Part shown: positions 58,803-64,000 of the stretch, piece by piece
Layout: every line of letters starts with the position of its first letter
How positions within the stretch are numbered: position 1 is the first letter of the stretch
NCBI RefSeq assembly: GCF_009914755.1
Contig: NC_060948.1
From: the human T2T-CHM13v2.0 reference genome, Homo sapiens
Strand: one strand, 5' to 3'
Length of the DNA: 64,000 nt
Position numbers and translations under genes: made by a program
The notes under the pieces: generated by a model
Seen by the model: only the letters and a program-made list of their open reading frames with translations
Told to the model about the DNA's origin: nothing
The model's database searches: none

Positions 58803-60928
58803 AGATCCATATTTTTTAAATGAAAAAAAATTTCAAAGGTACTCTGCTTGGTACAATAATCAAATGTATAAACTGAGGAATAAAACATAACCATGAAACC
58901 TACTGATAACTGCATATGGAAAATACAGAGGATAATTTTTTAAATAACATATTTTGAAAGCCTTAACTAGTAATTTGAAGAGTTGGCATTTGAAATGCCA
59001 GTATGAATATACCTTCAAAGCAGCAACACAGGTTCCCCATGAGAAAAAGCAAACTCAGGGAAAATAAAACCACAAAGGTTCAATCTCTTCTGACCTTTGA
59101 AAGACACAGCACAGACAGTGGTCCTTAGGATGAAGAGCAGGAGACCCCTAATTCCGTCACCATGGCGATAGGGCATAAACATTGCTGGGTGAGGGCACAG
59201 TCCACATTGTGAGGTCCAACTGCTGCCAGGAAGACAGGAATGCTTTTACATAGACCGAAAGGTCAGTGAAGGCTCAGAGTTTTCTTTCAAGAACTGAATC
59301 CCAAGCCCACACGTTATTAGGCTGCGCTTCTTAAAACAAGTTATGAGATGGGAAAAAGGGCACCCACAAACATACGTATACATTATGTATATAATAATAT
59401 ACAGTATCATATATGTAATATATATAACCTATGTATAATATTGTTTTACATCCTGCATCTTATGTTCTATATATTGTATAAAATATAATAATTGATAATA
59501 TATAAGTTTTATATTTATACAATATGACATATAGTATATATTATAATTTATGACATATATAATATAAGCTATATATCATATATAGAATATATTATATGGT
59601 TAATATACGTATTAAATATAAATTATACATTATATATATTATATATAATATATCTGTTATATATAATACCCATTATGCATAATATATATATTATGTCTAT
59701 GTTATATATAGTATAAAACAACATATAATAATATATAATTGTATATATAAAATGCGACATATAATATATATTATATATTATAACATATGTAATATATATT
59801 ATATATTATATATAATACGTTGTATGTATAATACCCATATTAAATATATATTATATGACTATGTTATTAATTACATGTCACATGAGTTATATATTATATA
59901 TTTTACATAGAATATACCGGTTACATACAATATATACTATGTTACCTACAATGTATAATTTATTACATGTAAAATAAAGAATGCAGTATATTATGTATAA
60001 TTTATAATATACAATATGTGGAATGTGATATATATAACATATAATATATGATATATGATATACAGTATATGATATATAACATACAATATATGATTCTTAA
60101 TATATATGGTATACAATATATATTTTATGATATGTATTCTATATGTTTTATATTCTGTTATATATAACTATTTGAAATTATATATAACTGTATAATATTT
60201 TATGTAAATATGTAATATAATATATATAACTATATAATATATTATATATAACTATATATTATGTTATATATACTTTTATAACATAATTTACATAAAATAT
60301 CATAATATAATGTATAATATATTATTTCATATTACATAATATATATTACATAGTACCCAATATAAGTAACATACGTAATATTATAATATAGATTATATTA
60401 TGTTATATTAAATATCATATATATCATGTATCATATATTCTATAATATATATTACACATTATATAATATGTATGTTGTCTATTATGTGATATATATAACT
60501 ATATATATAATTATATTATTTTACATATAACTAGATAAACATGTAATTCTACATATTTTCATTTATAATATATAGAATTATATAATCATATATAATTATT
60601 TATATTCTATAAAAAGTTATGTCATTATATAAATTATAATATATAAAAATTATAATATGTACTACAAATATATATATTATATATCATATATGATATAGTA
60701 CCTTTGTTATATATCATAATACATATAAATGTGTATTGTTATCTATAATTATATAATTTCATATATAAGATGTATAATATGTATCATATATTATATAAGT
60801 TATGTAATATATATAGTATATATAAGATGACACAGGATAAATATTTTAAACTATGACATATAAAATATATGAGGTTATATGTTACATATAAGGCATAGCA
60901 CATAACACGTAATATATATCATATATAA

Positions 60929-61219
60929 TTTTTTTTTAGACAGAATCTTGTCCTGTTGCACTGGGTGGGGTACGATGGAGCCATCTTTGCTCACTGCAAC
61001 ATCTGCCTCACGGGTCCAAGCGATTGTCCTCCCTCAGCCTCCCAGGTAGCTGGGACTACACCACACTGGACTACACCAGCTGCCACCATGCCTAGCTAAT
61101 TTTTTGGATTTTTAGTAGTGACAGCGTTTCACTGTATTGGCCAGGATGGTCTTGATCTCTTCACCTTGTAATCCCCTTGCCTTGGCCTCCAAATTTGCTG
61201 GGATTACAGGCCTGAGCCA
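60929..61219 (-). mobile_element. Diverged Alu, U26
   Basis: Same antisense Alu; same 1-bp deletion as U9. Confidence 0.95.
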
Positions 61220-63347
61220 AGATCCATAATTTTTAAATGAAAAAAAATTTCAAAGGTACTCTGCTTGGTACAATAATCAAATGTATAAACTGAGGAATAA
61301 AACATAACCATGAAACCTACTTATAACTGCATATGGAAAATACAGAGGATAATTTTTTAAATAAAATATTTTGAAAGCCTTAACTAGTAATTTGAAGAGC
61401 TGGCATTTGAAAGGCCAGTATGAATATACCTTCAAAGCAGCAACACAGGTTCCCCATGAGAAAAAGCAAACACAGGGAAAATAAAAACAGAAAGGTTCAA
61501 TCTCTTCTGACCTTTGAAAGACACAGCACAGACAGTGGTTCTTAGGACGAAGAGCAGGAGACCCCTAATTCCGTCACCATGGCGATAGGGCATAAACATT
61601 GCTGGGTGAGGGCACAATCCACATTGTGAGGTCCAACTGCTGCCAGGAAGACAGGAGTGCTTTTACATAGACCGAAAGGTCATTGAAGGCTCAGAGTTTT
61701 GTTTCAAGAACTGAATCCCAAGCCCACACGTTATTAGGCTGCGCTTCTTAAAACAAGTTATGAGATGGGAAAAAGGGCACCCACAAACATACGTATACAT
61801 TATGTATATAATAATATACAGTATCATATATATAATATATATAACCTATGTATAATATTGTTTTACATCCTGCATCTTATGTTATATATATTGTATAAAA
61901 TATAATAATTGATAATATATAAGTTTTATATTTATACAATATGACATATAGTATATATTATAATTTATGACATATATAATATATGTTATATATCATATAT
62001 AGAATATATTATACGGTTAATATACGTATTAAATATAAATTATACATTATATATATTATATATAATATATCTGTTATATATAATACCCATTATGCATAAT
62101 ATATATATTATGTCTATGTTATATATAGTATAAAACAACATATAATAATATATAATTGTATATATAAAATGCGACATATAATATATATTATATTTTATAA
62201 CATATGTAATATATATTATATATTATATATAATACGTTGTATGTATAATACCTATATTAAATATATATTATATGACTATGTTATTAATTACATGTCACAT
62301 GTGTTATATATTATATATTTTACATAGAATATACCTGTTACATACAATATATACTATGTTACCTATAATGTATAATTTATTACATGTAAAATAAAGAATG
62401 CAATATATTATGTATAATTTATAATATACCATATGTGGAATGTGATATATATAATATATAATATATGATATATGATATACAGTATATGATATATAACATA
62501 CAATATATGATTCCTAATATATATGGTATACAATATATATTTCATGATATGTATTCTATATGTTTTATATTCTGTTATATATAACTATTTGAAATTATAT
62601 ATAACTGTATAATATTTTATGTAAATATGTAATATAATATATATAACTATATAATATATTATATATAACTATATATTATGTTATATATACTTTTATAACA
62701 TAATTTGCATAAAATATCATAACATAATATATATTATATTATTTCATATTACATAATATATATTACATATCACCCAATATAACTAACATACATAATATTA
62801 TAATATAGATTATATTGTGTTATATTAAATATCATATATATCATGTATCATATATTCTATAATATATATTACACATTATATAATATGTATGTTGTCTATT
62901 ATGTGATATATATAACTCTCTATATAATTATATTTTTATACATATAACTAGATAAACATGTAATTCTACATATTTTCATTTATAATATGTAGAATTATAT
63001 AATCATATATAATTATTTATATTCTATAAAAAATTTTATCATTATATCAATTATAATATATAAAAATTATAATATGTACTACAAATATATATATTATATA
63101 TCATATATGATATAGTACCTTTGTTATATATCATAATACATATAAATGTGTATTATGTTATCTATAATTATATAATTTCATATATAAGATGTATAATATG
63201 TATCATATATTATATATGTTATGTAATATATATAGTATATATAAGATGACACTGGATAAATATTATATACTATGACATATAAAATATATGAGGTTATATT
63301 TTACATATAAGGCATAGCACATAACATGTAATATATATCATATATAA

Positions 63348-63639
63348 TTTTTTTTTAGACAGAATCTTGTCCTGTTGCACAGGGTGGGGTACAATGGCGC
63401 CATCTTTGCTCACTGCAACTTCTGCCTCACGGGTCCAAGCGATGGTCCTCCCTCAGCCTCCCAGGTAGCTGGGACTACACCACACTGGGACTACACCAGC
63501 TGCCACCATGCCTAGCTAATTTTTTGGATTTTTAGTAGTGACAGCGTTTCACTGTATTGGCCAGGATGGTCTTGATCTCTTCACCTTGTGATCCCCTTGC
63601 CTTGGCCTCCAAATTTGCTGGGATTACAGGCCTGAGCCA
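63348..63639 (-). mobile_element. Diverged Alu, U27
   Basis: Same antisense Alu. Confidence 0.95.
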
Positions 63640-64000
63640 AGATCCATATTTTTTAAATGAAAAAAAATTTCAAAGGTACTCTGCTTGGTACAATAATCAA
63701 ATGTATAAACTGAGGAATAAAACATACCCATGAAACCTACTTATAACTGCATATGGAAAATACAGAGGATAATTTTTTAAATAACATATTTTGAAAGCCT
63801 TAACTAGTAATTTGAAGAGTTGGCATTTGAAAGGCCAGTATGAATATACCTTCAATGCAGCTACACAGGTTCCCCGTGAGAAAAAGCAAACACAGGGAAA
63901 ATAAAAACACAAAGGTTCAATCTCTTCTGACCTTTGAAAGACACAGCACAGACAGTGGTCCTTAGGACGAAGAGCAGGAGACCCCTAATTCCGTCACCAT

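Overview
The whole 64 kb is one uninterrupted head-to-tail tandem array of a ~2.42-kb composite repeat, about 26.5 copies. I number units U1-U27 by their Alu; measured periods are 2413-2422 bp. Each unit has a ~1.55-kb extremely AT-rich degenerate (TA)n-like block, a ~290-bp diverged minus-strand Alu, and a ~570-bp more complex segment (the 'HSATI' part). This architecture, the period and a predicted 2.14-kb HaeIII fragment identify it as human DYZ2/HSat1B satellite, most likely from Yq12 heterochromatin; related arrays on acrocentric short arms cannot be excluded from sequence alone. I see no credible genes, RNA genes, CRISPR arrays or new enzymatic system, and the recurring ORFs are by-products of the repeat. 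The real signal is in the variants: two unit subfamilies in alternating blocks, a multi-unit duplication (~10-22 kb versus ~46-63 kb) whose copies differ by two exact one-unit indels, chimeric units with mappable switch points, and an Alu that looks more AluSc-like than AluY-like. All comparisons were made by eye and need alignment to confirm.
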